Numbered from the stretch's first letter, positions 54,433 to 63,697 are shown. The stretch is DNA of 64,000 nucleotides from a virus (IMGVR_UViG_3300029288_000110:37759-101758), one strand, 5' to 3'. Notes: generated from the sequence alone by a model not told the origin. Numbers and translations are program-made.

Positions 54433-54744
54433 TTAGGAAGCCTGTCCCGGACTGTCGCTTTCAGTGTCTTCGTCAAAGGCTTTGAGGATATCATCCGGGA
54501 TAGAAGTCTTGGTTTGAGTTACGAGTTCGAGTTCGTCTTCCCGGAAAGGAAAGGGACCATCAGCCTTGGCTATAACTATGCCGATGCCAGGCACCGTTAT
54601 CTTGATTTCTATTTCTTCCGTGGTCTTCACCAGAATAGGATATTTGTCTTTAGCTTTGTCAATCTGCACCACAATAGCCTTTTTGCCGACGAGTTCCGGT
54701 ATGGAATGACATTCGCTGATTATTACCATATCATTAATATTCAC
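54433..54744 (-). CDS. SH3/KOW-like hypothetical protein
   Basis: INDMVII...GK...V...F...EL pattern. Confidence 0.6.
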   Translation of the reverse strand: MNINDMVIISECHSIPELVGKKAIVVQIDKAKDKYPILVKTTEEIEIKITVPGIGIVIAKADGPFPFREDELELVTQTKTSIPDDILKAFDEDTESDSPGQAS

Positions 54745-54922
54745 CTTTTACCCCCTACAAGATTTTACTTCTTAAACTTTTTATAAAACCATACTGTCAC
54801 CACTCCAATACCGAGTGCGATAACCCATATGGAAACAAGTATGGATATGGCTAGCATCTGGATGTTGGTCGCTAGGTCCTGAATACCTGAAAAGTCGAAT
54901 CCCATGTCGTTGCCCTCCTTTC

Positions 54923-55243
54923 TTATTCCTCACTACCCGGAATGTTCGGTCGCCGGGCCGTTTTGTTTTTATTTCCCTTAGCATATGTGCCTCCGGTACT
55001 GTATAACATTTTCGCCATCGAAGCGGATACCGCCGCCAATCTAGCGGCGGATACTATTCTTATCCCATGGAGAGCCCCGGCGTCAATAGTGGCGTCGTAT
55101 TTCTTATTGGAAGCCCATATCTTTACTCCCTTACCATTGAGTAACTGGACTTTCTCCACCTTGAGCCAGAGTTCGTGGGTATCGTCTAACTTGAACGATA
55201 TGGTCTGGCCGACCACTAAATTCCTTGCTTTTTCGATTGTCAT
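54923..55243 (-). CDS. hypothetical protein
   Basis: GGAG RBS. Confidence 0.55.
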   Translation of the reverse strand: MTIEKARNLVVGQTISFKLDDTHELWLKVEKVQLLNGKGVKIWASNKKYDATIDAGALHGIRIVSAARLAAVSASMAKMLYSTGGTYAKGNKNKTARRPNIPGSEE

Positions 55244-55247
55244 GTTA

Positions 55248-55430
55248 TCACTTCTCCGTGTAAGGCACCCGGACAATGATTTCTTTATATGGTATATTAT
55301 CCTTGTCTTTCTTGAAGCCACTCTCTGTGACCTCTACCTTACATTTCAGGCTCTCACCGGATATGAGCGCTTGAGAATTTATCAGGTTTATAATCCTCTG
55401 CGCTATCCTTTCATTCGTAATACCTTCCAT
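55248..55430 (-). CDS. hypothetical protein
   Basis: GGAGG RBS. Confidence 0.6.
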   Translation of the reverse strand: MEGITNERIAQRIINLINSQALISGESLKCKVEVTESGFKKDKDNIPYKEIIVRVPYTEK

Positions 55431-55509
55431 GATTTCCTCCAGCTTTTCTTAATCCTTTACTTGCGGGGTATTGGCAGTACCCCGCCGTGTAAGGGGTTAA
55501 GGCTTGGTA

Positions 55510-55926
55510 TTATTCATCTTCGGGTTCGGTATCACCGGGTTCATCCCCGCCGCCGGACTTGTCGAAGAAATCGGGATGCTCTGCAATTTCCCTGGCGATG
55601 ATGTTCTCCGGGGTAAGGAATTTCAAATCCTCTTCCGTCTGAGCTTTTGCTGTCTCCCCGGCAACCTTGGCCTGTTTAAGCATTTCCTGTAGCTGTTTGA
55701 CTTTTTCAGGAATTCCCGCTGTGACTTCAGCTACATAGGCATCAGCCGTGGCCTTGAGGTCCTTCACCGTGGCCTCCTGGATTTCTTCTTCGGCTACGTT
55801 CTTAATCTTTCCGTAGCCCGGCGCCTGTATCCTGGCGCCGGTGCCGGGATACGCTTCATAAATGATTCCCGCTATAGTTTTACCGTCACGCTCGATTTTT
55901 ACGATGCCGCCTACTTTGATTTCCAT
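55510..55926 (-). CDS. hypothetical protein
   Basis: First gene after the promoter; acidic tail. Confidence 0.7.
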   Translation of the reverse strand: MEIKVGGIVKIERDGKTIAGIIYEAYPGTGARIQAPGYGKIKNVAEEEIQEATVKDLKATADAYVAEVTAGIPEKVKQLQEMLKQAKVAGETAKAQTEEDLKFLTPENIIAREIAEHPDFFDKSGGGDEPGDTEPEDE

Positions 55927-56042
55927 ACTACCTACCTTTCGCTTTCCTTATTTATATAGTCTTGAGATTGGTTTGAGACTTGCCGGGCCTCACTGCTGCC
56001 TTAACCTCCCATTCTTAGCTTCAGGATTTATCATTTAGCTTC

Positions 56043-56071
56043 ATTATACAGTCTGATACCCAGTTTGTCAA
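56043..56071 (-). promoter_or_regulatory. sigma70 promoter
   Basis: TTGACA-17-TATAAT. Confidence 0.75.
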
Positions 56072-56134
56072 GACACTATTAGAATAGAGTTTTCCATGCA
56101 TCGAAATAGCCTCAAAAGGTAAGGAATAAATATT

Positions 56135-56425
56135 TTATTTGAGGCTACTCAGGAATGATTTGGCCCGCTTGGCAAACCAATTCTCCAACTCATGGACCTC
56201 TCCGGGGGAAGTGGCGGTGATATCCTCATAGGTTATACTGCCTGGCGCCTTGCCTCTCCCTACCTTTTTATAATTTTCACCTTCGTTTCCCTTTACGGCA
56301 TTCTTGCCCCCGAACTTCTGGACAATCAACCGGACATCCGCCAATTCATCTGTGACCTTCCAGAGATGTTCCATATCCGGCATCATCCGGCAGCATGGAC
56401 AACGGACCCTTTTTCGTTCTGACAT
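56135..56425 (-). CDS. hypothetical protein (CPCC)
   Basis: GGAGG RBS. Confidence 0.65.
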   Translation of the reverse strand: MSERKRVRCPCCRMMPDMEHLWKVTDELADVRLIVQKFGGKNAVKGNEGENYKKVGRGKAPGSITYEDITATSPGEVHELENWFAKRAKSFLSSLK

Positions 56426-56871
56426 CTTTCCTCCTTTTTGTTTTCCACGGGATGGAGACCACGAAATTCCTTTAAGATAGCATCTCTCCTTTCCATATCA
56501 GTATCCAGCTGGCGTGTACGCCCATCACCGCCACGCCTCGGCATCAATGCTTGGTATTGTATCGCAAGTTCACCCTCTCTCTTCTTCAATCTCATATAAG
56601 GGATGATAGCATCTAAAAATAAACTTGCCCTTATTCCATGCAGGACGAAAACCGACACCCCATTCTTGTTCCGATAAATCGAGCCGCCCATTTTATCCCG
56701 GAGTTCTTCCAATATTAAAAGAGGCTTCTGTGCAATCTGCACTCGGAGCGTTTTTGTATTATGGCAACCCCATATATTGATATTACCTTCACCATCAACT
56801 ATACCAGCAAAATAGGCTTTATCGGTTTCAGACCAATCAGCGGTTCCTGGACAACCTATGACTCTTTTCAT
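56383..56871 (-). CDS. free-standing LAGLIDADG homing endonuclease
   Basis: AYFAGIVDGEGNI, PYMRLKK. Confidence 0.88.
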   Translation of the reverse strand: MKRVIGCPGTADWSETDKAYFAGIVDGEGNINIWGCHNTKTLRVQIAQKPLLILEELRDKMGGSIYRNKNGVSVFVLHGIRASLFLDAIIPYMRLKKREGELAIQYQALMPRRGGDGRTRQLDTDMERRDAILKEFRGLHPVENKKEERCQNEKGSVVHAAG

Positions 56872-56900
56872 TTACACACATCCAAAAAAGCTATATGCTA

Positions 56901-56930
56901 ATTATAACCCAGACAAAGAGCTGGTGTCAA
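56901..56930 (-). promoter_or_regulatory. sigma70 promoter
   Basis: TTGACA-18-TATAAT. Confidence 0.7.
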
Positions 56931-56942
56931 ACCATGGCATGT

Positions 56943-56992
56943 CATGTATCGACATGTATGGATATGTATGGATATGTATCGGATGTTTCCGG
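56943..56992. repeat. 10-bp tandem repeat (YATGTATSGA), four to five copies
   Basis: ATGTAT at 56944, 56954, 56964, 56974. Confidence 0.8.
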
Positions 56993-57005
56993 GAAGGAGG
57001 ACTGT

Positions 57006-57041
57006 AAAACAAGAAAGCCGCCTGGTGGGGGCGGCTTTCTT
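57006..57041. terminator. intrinsic terminator
   Basis: AAGAAAGCCGCC/GGCGGCTTTCTT stem. Confidence 0.75.
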
Positions 57042-57078
57042 GGCGGCTATGCTAGGGGGCATAGTGTGGCTGAAGGTA
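57006..57078 (-). ncRNA. candidate ~70-nt small RNA
   Basis: Promoter TTGACA-17-CATAAT (57084-57112) followed by two hairpins and a terminator, with no RBS-led ORF. Confidence 0.45.
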
Positions 57079-57153
57079 TTTTTATTATGCCATTAGGCAG
57101 CTGGCTTGTCAAGAGCATCCGCATCAAACAAATTGTTCAATATATCAAACGGC

Positions 57154-57435
57154 TCATCCTGACCGGTATGTATAGGTCTGGAAGTCCGGGTATTCCGGCG
57201 GCCAACCCAATGGCCGGCTATCACGGCTCTTCAGCTCAATAAGAAAACGCCGGCGCAAGGCAAGAAGCCTTTCAGCTTCCGCCGGTTTAAAATTATCATG
57301 CGCCACATTTTCATCGCCTTCAATGAGAAGAAGATACAATACCTGGTTACGCCCTTCCCGGATGAGCGCCTTCTCCCGGTCACTTAATTCGATATCACGC
57401 CCTGCACGCCCGGCATTGATTCTCTTGTCTCCCAT
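57154..57435 (-). CDS. hypothetical protein
   Basis: AGGAGGT RBS. Confidence 0.7.
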   Translation of the reverse strand: MGDKRINAGRAGRDIELSDREKALIREGRNQVLYLLLIEGDENVAHDNFKPAEAERLLALRRRFLIELKSRDSRPLGWPPEYPDFQTYTYRSG

Positions 57436-57962
57436 CTTTTTTACCTCCTTGACTCATTCACCTGTCCACTTTAAGGTGGGCGGAACCGGCCTGCTGTGAT
57501 TTTTCTGTGATTCCTGGGCCCGCAAACCCGAGGACCTTCCCGCCCAGTCCATAAATTCTTGACGTTTCCTTCCGCTTGCCTGGAAGACATCCCCCGGCTT
57601 TATTGGGGGTTAGCACCCATTCCGTATTCAGTTTTACACCCTCTTTACTTTCGGTTTACGTAACTTTAACCATGTAAATGTCATTGGGAATATCCAAGGA
57701 ATCGTCAAACTTGATAAGGTTTGGCACACTTTGCGTCCATTGCACGATTAAGACACCTTTGCACTTGAGACTCGCCCGGACCTCGTTAAGAGAAGTGCCG
57801 GTTATCTTTTTTCTTCTGGTTCGCCCGGCGGCGGCGTTTTTCACAGGTACGTATTGATTTACCCATCACTATCCTCCTGTCATAATATAAAGTAGGCAGC
57901 CACCAACCCTCCTATAACGATGACAAAGAATACCAGGAACAAAATGGCATCCCGTGTACTAT

Positions 57963-58715
57963 TCATTTAAGTAGCCTCTCCAACCCATCCTTCTCCACCA
58001 CCCGGGGTACGATTGCCCTCAAGACCTCTAGTAGGGCCGTAGTTTTTGATTTTGCGGGTTCTGGGAGGTGATAGGAGTAGTTATCCGCACCCACCTCGAC
58101 CAGCTCCGGCTTTATCTCCTTCACCCACTCGGTCATAACCGGCAAATCAAAATCCATTACCGGCTCTATGGATATGGCTTTCCTCGGGTGATTAGCCGCT
58201 GCGAGAAAGCGCTGCCGCAAAGCCGGTTCCGGCGCCCAGGAATAGTCCCAGGTCTCCCGGTTGGTCTCCAGGGTCGAAGCCAGAATAACATTAGATGGAA
58301 AGACGAACTCACCAAACCTTTCCGGGTTTTTGGTGCAGATGAGAAAATCCGTCTGGGAATTTCGCTTGATATTGTCCAGCGCTTCCATTACCCATGCCTG
58401 CGGCCACCACATCCCCATCAGGTCGGACATGCTACAAACGAAAACCAGGCCGCCGGCTTTGAAATGCTGCTTCATCCTGCCGGACCATCTGCGGGGATAG
58501 AACGGGTCGGCGTAGGTATCATAACCATCCGGGCTCACATCGCCAAATTGCATCCTGTACGGAAGCGCCGCCGGGTCACAGATATCATGGTTTTCCAGAT
58601 AGCGATTCTTCAGCCTCCCGTTCGCATTACCCCTTGCCCAGCAATAGGAACAGTCATGAAGACATCCCGTGAGGGGATTCCATGTCTGTGTAACCGATTT
58701 AAACATCTTGGTCAT
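57963..58715 (-). CDS. phage Gp37/Gp68 (DUF5131) family protein
   Basis: TWNPLTGC...C.YCWA, FVCSMSDL, TKNP, SIEP. Confidence 0.9.
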   Translation of the reverse strand: MTKMFKSVTQTWNPLTGCLHDCSYCWARGNANGRLKNRYLENHDICDPAALPYRMQFGDVSPDGYDTYADPFYPRRWSGRMKQHFKAGGLVFVCSMSDLMGMWWPQAWVMEALDNIKRNSQTDFLICTKNPERFGEFVFPSNVILASTLETNRETWDYSWAPEPALRQRFLAAANHPRKAISIEPVMDFDLPVMTEWVKEIKPELVEVGADNYSYHLPEPAKSKTTALLEVLRAIVPRVVEKDGLERLLK

Positions 58716-59095
58716 TTCTTCGCCGCCTTAGCAAATGCTTTTTCCATTTGTTTCCATGCCTTCATCCTAACATCTTTGAGAGCCTCAGCCAGAGTATCTT
58801 TCCAAGATTCAACCTCACTCTTTGTGTAGGGTTGATTAAGGAAGGCTTCCAATTCATTAGCCAAAGCGATTACAGTGAAAATACTCGGTCCGCCACCGTC
58901 TCCTTTTTGCCGATGAATCGCCCAGCGGGGGTCGGCAGCCCATGATGGGTCAATGCCTTTTCTCTGCTTGGCGCCTAGGTGAAGATTATACCTGGGGAAG
59001 GCGGGATATATCTCCAGCCTGACCCCATACCCATCCTGGGAAATACTGTGGACTTCAAATGGCCCGCATTTTCTGATGAACTTGTTCTGCTTCAT
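58712..59095 (-). CDS. hypothetical protein
   Basis: Coupled ORF. Confidence 0.65.
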   Translation of the reverse strand: MKQNKFIRKCGPFEVHSISQDGYGVRLEIYPAFPRYNLHLGAKQRKGIDPSWAADPRWAIHRQKGDGGGPSIFTVIALANELEAFLNQPYTKSEVESWKDTLAEALKDVRMKAWKQMEKAFAKAAKK

Positions 59096-59616
59096 TTATC
59101 GCCCCGTTTCTTCAGGATGAGTTCAAATGACTTGGTAATGCGCTTAAATTTCTCCGCATCGCCGCCGGTCTTATCTGGGTGATAAAATTGAACCTTTTGC
59201 TGATAGACCTTTTTTATCAGCTCCGTAGGGTCATCTTTACTTACCCCAAGAACATCATAAGCATCATCGAGGCTTTCTTCCTCTTCAGATTTACTATGAG
59301 GATTCTCGCTCGTCGCCAAGTCCTTCGTCGAGCTTAACCCCTGGTAAGCGATGCCGGTTTTCTCCGCTATCCTCACCCGGTCGAGGAAAAGGAATATCGA
59401 GCGGATATTCTTGGCATAATCGGGGTAATGATTGCAGAACACCGTCTGCCATGTGCCCCTGCGAAAATATTGCACAGTGACACCATTTCCTCTTTTCATC
59501 CCACCGGAAACGTATTCCTCTTGCTCCCGCATGATAGAAAATTGGTCGATATTCCAAATATCAAACATGTGCCTAATATCGTTTCTTGTCTGGTTTGCAT
59601 CTGTTCCTTTAGCCAT
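59092..59616 (-). CDS. C-terminal J-domain (DnaJ-like) protein
   Basis: AYDVLGV...YHPDKTGGDAEKFKRI. Confidence 0.88.
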   Translation of the reverse strand: MAKGTDANQTRNDIRHMFDIWNIDQFSIMREQEEYVSGGMKRGNGVTVQYFRRGTWQTVFCNHYPDYAKNIRSIFLFLDRVRIAEKTGIAYQGLSSTKDLATSENPHSKSEEEESLDDAYDVLGVSKDDPTELIKKVYQQKVQFYHPDKTGGDAEKFKRITKSFELILKKRGDK

Positions 59617-59733
59617 ATGCCCTCCTAACTTGGTGAAATCTGAGTTGGGCTGGATGTTGGACTTCCGCAATTAGTTTCGGCTATTCGGCAAACTGTATAG
59701 AAACAGTATAGCATAATATTGTTGTACAGGGTA

Positions 59734-59762
59734 TTGACAAATAGGCAAACAGTGTGTATAAT
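59734..59762 (+). promoter_or_regulatory. consensus sigma70 promoter
   Basis: TTGACA-17-TATAAT. Confidence 0.8.
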
Positions 59763-59790
59763 AGGGTTAGAAAGTAAAGAAAAGGGGGAC

Positions 59791-59913
59791 ATGAAAATGC
59801 AATGCCCAACCTGCGGTAAAACCGCTAAGAGGATTAAGAGCAAGAAGTTCCCCGGCTGGTATTATTGCAATAACCCATCTTGCAATACAACCGCTTTTGA
59901 AAATAAGTCATAG
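59791..59913 (+). CDS. 40-aa Zn-ribbon peptide
   Basis: CPTC...CNNPSC; AGGGGG RBS. Confidence 0.6.
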   Translation: MKMQCPTCGKTAKRIKSKKFPGWYYCNNPSCNTTAFENKS

Positions 59914-59925
59914 GGAGGTAACATC

Positions 59926-60291
59926 ATGGGAATACGAGGACAAGGTAAGTTCACCACAAAGGCATCACGAAAACAAAACGATAAGTTCTTAGAGGAGTTC
60001 AAAACTCACCAATCAACATTCAAACAAGCCGATGTTGTACAAGTAGTCACTAAAGGTTGCGGGACATTCCCCGGACTTATTGTGGCTCGCATTTCAGTAA
60101 TGAGCGGGGAAACTGTCTATTCCGTAGCTGTTACACGCTATGGTGGTCTCTGGATTAAGGGCGACTGGGTTATAGATACCTACTGGAACCCGATTGGAGA
60201 CAAGGCACTTGAGCAAGATTATCCCGGCACGATGGAAGAGATTTTGAGCAAGTTACCAGTAATCAAAGCGTGGCAGGCGTCATTGCAATGA
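59926..60291 (+). CDS. hypothetical protein
   Basis: GGAGGT RBS. Confidence 0.7.
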   Translation: MGIRGQGKFTTKASRKQNDKFLEEFKTHQSTFKQADVVQVVTKGCGTFPGLIVARISVMSGETVYSVAVTRYGGLWIKGDWVIDTYWNPIGDKALEQDYPGTMEEILSKLPVIKAWQASLQ

Positions 60292-60584
60292 CAGACAATC
60301 AAAAGCAGGAAGTCATTAAATTACTAATCGGCTATTATCCTGCTGGTACATACCATGCAATACCAGAAGCCCTATTCCGGCTTGTCCGGCTACATGGCTT
60401 ATCCCTAAAGAAAGCCAAAGAGTTGCTATTAGAGGTTATACGACAAAACGGCTGGAGCATGTGCCCTAGTTCAATAGGAGCAATGACACTAGGAAATGTT
60501 AATGGAATGAGGGGCGAAAAGCGGATATTACAGTGGTACATACGGACTGATTGCTATTACACTCATTTTTATATCCTTAAATAG
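60288..60584 (+). CDS. hypothetical protein
   Basis: ATGA overlap with the upstream gene. Confidence 0.6.
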   Translation: MTDNQKQEVIKLLIGYYPAGTYHAIPEALFRLVRLHGLSLKKAKELLLEVIRQNGWSMCPSSIGAMTLGNVNGMRGEKRILQWYIRTDCYYTHFYILK

Positions 60585-60607
60585 GGTATCATAAAGGAGT
60601 CTTAAAA

Positions 60608-60793
60608 ATGTCTTCACCAAGTAACTACCCTCCCGGAGTATCAGGGTTTGAATTTCAAGTGAACCCGCCAGAGCGCTTACCCAAAGAACCTAGTAAAAGA
60701 CTCAAACCATGCAGTCATGCTATTAGCATTCCATATTGTTCTCATAGAACAACATCTGGTCTTTGCAGAGTAAGATGGTGCGATAAAGCGTAA
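60608..60793 (+). CDS. small Cys-rich protein (SNYPPGV motif)
   Basis: AGGAG RBS. Confidence 0.6.
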   Translation: MSSPSNYPPGVSGFEFQVNPPERLPKEPSKRLKPCSHAISIPYCSHRTTSGLCRVRWCDKA

Positions 60794-60845
60794 CTTATTA
60801 TGCAGGGGGTGACCCCATGCGGGGTAAAATAGATACGAATTTAGG

Positions 60846-61110
60846 GTGGTTACGAGTGGTCAAAACCAGACCAGTTAGCTACGGATGGTCAAACCGATAC
60901 CAGACCGCATTAGCTTTGGTGGTCAAACCGCTTAAAACCAGTCTAGACTTGATGGTTAGCCGGATAGCTTTTTGGCTGACCATGTTTACAAGACTGATTG
61001 TATCAGGGGGAGGGTTACCCTCTACCCCCCGACCCTTAAGCGTAAAAAGTGGGAGAACGTATTTGCTAGGTGCGTATGTGCTGGCAGTAGAAAACCCGTA
61101 TTTGCTGGAA
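60846..61110. repeat. two sets of iteron-like direct repeats separated by a GC hairpin
   Basis: TGGTCAAA at 60857, 60886, 60920; CGTATKTGCT at 61058, 61073, 61097; hairpin at ~61006-61030. Confidence 0.65.
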
Positions 61111-61120
61111 GTGAGAGCTA

Positions 61121-61264
61121 GTGAAAACCTGTAAAGAGCTAAAGTGTGTCTGCTTTGAGTGTCAGACACGGAAGAAAGACAGACCGAAATGCGGTATGTG
61201 TCCTGGGAGAATCGCCAAACCGGATTGTACAGGGCTTACCGTTTGCATTAAAGGGGATAAATGA
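61121..61264 (+). CDS. 47-aa peptide with eight Cys, coupled to the transposase
   Basis: Hand translation; its TGA overlaps the transposase ATG. Confidence 0.55.
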   Translation: MKTCKELKCVCFECQTRKKDRPKCGMCPGRIAKPDCTGLTVCIKGDK

Positions 61265-62541
61265 ACATCTTGAACTTGCCCGACTGGGAAGTCATAGAGC
61301 TTAAAGAGAGCGAGTACGATTACGCTATCCATGCCAAGTACACGCCGGAGCCGACCGCTTGTATCCGATGCGGGGTTATCGGGCAACTATACCGGCATGG
61401 TATCAAGAGGCAACGATTCATGGACTTACCAGTTCACAACAAGCGTGTTGGCTTGATAGTGCATCGGCAGCGTTACCTTTGCCGAGCCTGCAAAAAGACC
61501 AGCTTTCAACCATTGCCGGATGTGGCTGACCACCACTCGTCAACCAAGAGGCTTTTAGCCTACATCGGCAAGGAATCCATGAAGCGTACCTTTGTTGGGG
61601 TAGCCGATGATACCGGAATCCATGAGCGGACTATCCGGCGTTTATTCGCTATCGAGGTAGCCCGATTAGACCAAGAGGTCAAATTCGAGACACCCCGATG
61701 GTTGGGGATTGATGAAGTTCACCTTGTAAAGAAGGCAAGGTGTCTCTTGACCAACGTGGAGCAACGGACTGTCATTGATATGCTGGCAACCAGAACAAAA
61801 GACGTGGTTAGCCGATACTTGTACCGGATGCCCGACCGCCAGTACATCGAGCTGGTGGCTATGGATATGTGGCAACCCTACAGGGACGCAGTAAGGGATA
61901 TTCTACCGCAAGCCACAGTGGTCATAGACCGCTTTCACGTTATCCGGTTAGCCATTCAGGGCATGGACACGATACGAAAGGATACCAGGGCGAGCCTTAC
62001 GGCACGTCAAAGCCGGACACTCAAGCGTGACCGCTATATTCTTTTCCATCGCCGGAGCGACCTTGACGAACAAGACCAGTTCATACTTGACCTGTGGTTA
62101 GGGCAGTTCCCTATGCTTGGCAAGGCGTATCAGTTCAAAGAGGACTTCTGTGACCTCTGGATGGTCAAGGACAGGCAAGAAGCCATAGAGCGGTATGAAA
62201 ACCTTAAGGCGAGCATCCCGACCGAGCTACAGCCCGCCTTCAAGCCTCTGACAACGGCTGTAGGCAACTGGACAGGCGAGATATTCGCATGGTGGGACCA
62301 TCCGGTAACAAACGCTTATACAGAGGCCATAGCAGGGCTTGTGAAGCTAACCAACCATGCAGGCAGAGGGTATTCGTTCAAGGCGATACGGGCAAAGTTG
62401 CTTTACTCTAACCTGCCGACCCCTCACAGACCAGTGTTTGACAGGTCATTGAAAGAGCGACCGCCCTTCATGCCACTGGAAGAAATTATAGATTACGGAG
62501 TTAAGTTTTCCACACTCCGCATAATGTTGGAAGGGGGATAG
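61261..62541 (+). CDS. ISL3-family transposase
   Basis: CIRC/CRAC Zn finger, GIDE, MDMW, DRFHV, TNAYTE. Confidence 0.96.
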   Translation: MNILNLPDWEVIELKESEYDYAIHAKYTPEPTACIRCGVIGQLYRHGIKRQRFMDLPVHNKRVGLIVHRQRYLCRACKKTSFQPLPDVADHHSSTKRLLAYIGKESMKRTFVGVADDTGIHERTIRRLFAIEVARLDQEVKFETPRWLGIDEVHLVKKARCLLTNVEQRTVIDMLATRTKDVVSRYLYRMPDRQYIELVAMDMWQPYRDAVRDILPQATVVIDRFHVIRLAIQGMDTIRKDTRASLTARQSRTLKRDRYILFHRRSDLDEQDQFILDLWLGQFPMLGKAYQFKEDFCDLWMVKDRQEAIERYENLKASIPTELQPAFKPLTTAVGNWTGEIFAWWDHPVTNAYTEAIAGLVKLTNHAGRGYSFKAIRAKLLYSNLPTPHRPVFDRSLKERPPFMPLEEIIDYGVKFSTLRIMLEGG

Positions 62542-62612
62542 TTTGTTTGAATGCATTACACATCATACGCCGGAAAGCCATTAGATTCAGCTAATTCACC
62601 GGATTTATATAT

Positions 62613-63143
62613 GGTAAGTATCCCCCGATAGCCAGTAAAGGAGTGGAATGTTAAGTCAATTTAAAGGAGCCATTTTAGACAATTACAGAAAGCATCGTCT
62701 TTTGCTTTGGAGATTCTGGGATGACAGGCCAAAGATGCTATTTGTTGGTCTTAATCCATCAACGGCGAACGAGCTTCAAGATGACCCGACTATAAGACGC
62801 TTGTGTGACTTCGCCGAACGTTGGGGATACGGCGGTCTATATGCCTGTAATGTTTTCAGCCAGATAACCCCTTACCCCAAAGAGTTACTAGCTGAAACAG
62901 CTATTCATTCCGCTGATATCCATGCTATACAGATGGTTAATGAGCTTGTAGTTTTGGTTGTTTGTGGATGGGGAGACGGGATAGAAAAAGCCGCATATGG
63001 CATTGCCAGAGCTAACACAATTAAGTCACTTTTTAAAGAGCCAATGTGCTTTGGATTAACCGCCAAAGGAAACCCTAAGCACCCTGTACGTCTGCCGAAA
63101 GACACTGAATTAATGGAATACGGGTTATGAAGGGATACTTACC
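62613..63143 (+). mobile_element. non-autonomous single-gene insertion cassette (531 bp)
   Basis: Perfect 12-bp IR GGTAAGTATCCC/GGGATACTTACC; 8-bp direct repeat TTATATAT at 62605-62612 and 63144-63151. Confidence 0.9.
62648..63130 (+). CDS. DUF1643 family protein (cassette cargo)
   Basis: GLNPSTA...DDPTI, GNPKHP. Confidence 0.9.
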   Translation: MLSQFKGAILDNYRKHRLLLWRFWDDRPKMLFVGLNPSTANELQDDPTIRRLCDFAERWGYGGLYACNVFSQITPYPKELLAETAIHSADIHAIQMVNELVVLVVCGWGDGIEKAAYGIARANTIKSLFKEPMCFGLTAKGNPKHPVRLPKDTELMEYGL

Positions 63144-63283
63144 TTATATATTATATATAAGGAAGGAAGTAAGTAAACCTTAAACCCATAGTGCCCTGTG
63201 TGAGTGCGCGAGCGAGCGCGAGAAACAGAGCACTATCACACACCAAGGGGTAAGAGTAACCAAAAACGGGAGGAAAAAAGAAA

Positions 63284-63487
63284 ATGAAACTAAAAAATAG
63301 ACTACACAACCATCCCAAAATGGAGGAACAATTAGGACTAGACAAAGAGCATGTGATTATTGACAGCAAGCTATATGGAGAATTATTGCTGATATTCAGT
63401 GAGTTTGGGGAGTTTGTTTACACAATAGAGACTAAACCTCATTCTGTCCCCTCTCCCCCGCGCTATAATGCAAAACCTGCCCCGTAA
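63284..63487 (+). CDS. hypothetical protein
   Basis: GGAGG RBS. Confidence 0.55.
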   Translation: MKLKNRLHNHPKMEEQLGLDKEHVIIDSKLYGELLLIFSEFGEFVYTIETKPHSVPSPPRYNAKPAP

Positions 63488-63528
63488 AACAGTTTAGCTA
63501 TAGAATTTCCGCAATGCGCAAGAAACAC

Positions 63529-63557
63529 TTGACAAATCAGGCACAACGCCGTAAAAT
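63529..63557 (+). promoter_or_regulatory. sigma70 promoter
   Basis: TTGACA-17-TAAAAT. Confidence 0.7.
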
Positions 63558-63578
63558 CATGGGTAGATTCAACCAGTG

Positions 63579-63610
63579 CGCCCCAGGAGACATCCCGGGG
63601 CTTTTTTATT
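63579..63610 (+). terminator. terminator hairpin upstream of the tRNA
   Basis: GCCCC...GGGGC plus T run. Confidence 0.6.
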
Positions 63611-63622
63611 TATAGGCCTCAA

Positions 63623-63697
63623 CGCAGGGTAGAGCAGTGGCAGCTCGCGGGGTTCATATCCCCGAGGTCGGTGGTTCAACTCCATCCCCTGCTACCA
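63623..63697 (+). tRNA. tRNA-fMet(CAT)
   Basis: C1:72 mismatch, GGG/CCC anticodon stem, CAT anticodon, encoded CCA. Confidence 0.92.

Larger units (their letters stand above)
59679..62579 (+). mobile_element. ISL3-family element with passenger genes, copy 2 (~2.9 kb; left end inferred)
   Basis: IRL GGCTATTCGGC vs IRR GGCTTTCCGGC; flanks ATTAGTTTC / ATTAGATTC (8 of 9 match). Confidence 0.7.

Noticed and set aside
60846-60970. CRISPR array
   Set aside because: Repeats are about 10 bp and degenerate, the intervening parts resemble each other, and there is no cas operon
61233-61241. Alternative ISL3 left end GGCTTACCG
   Set aside because: It lies in the coupled Cys-rich ORF and has no target duplication; 59679 fits better
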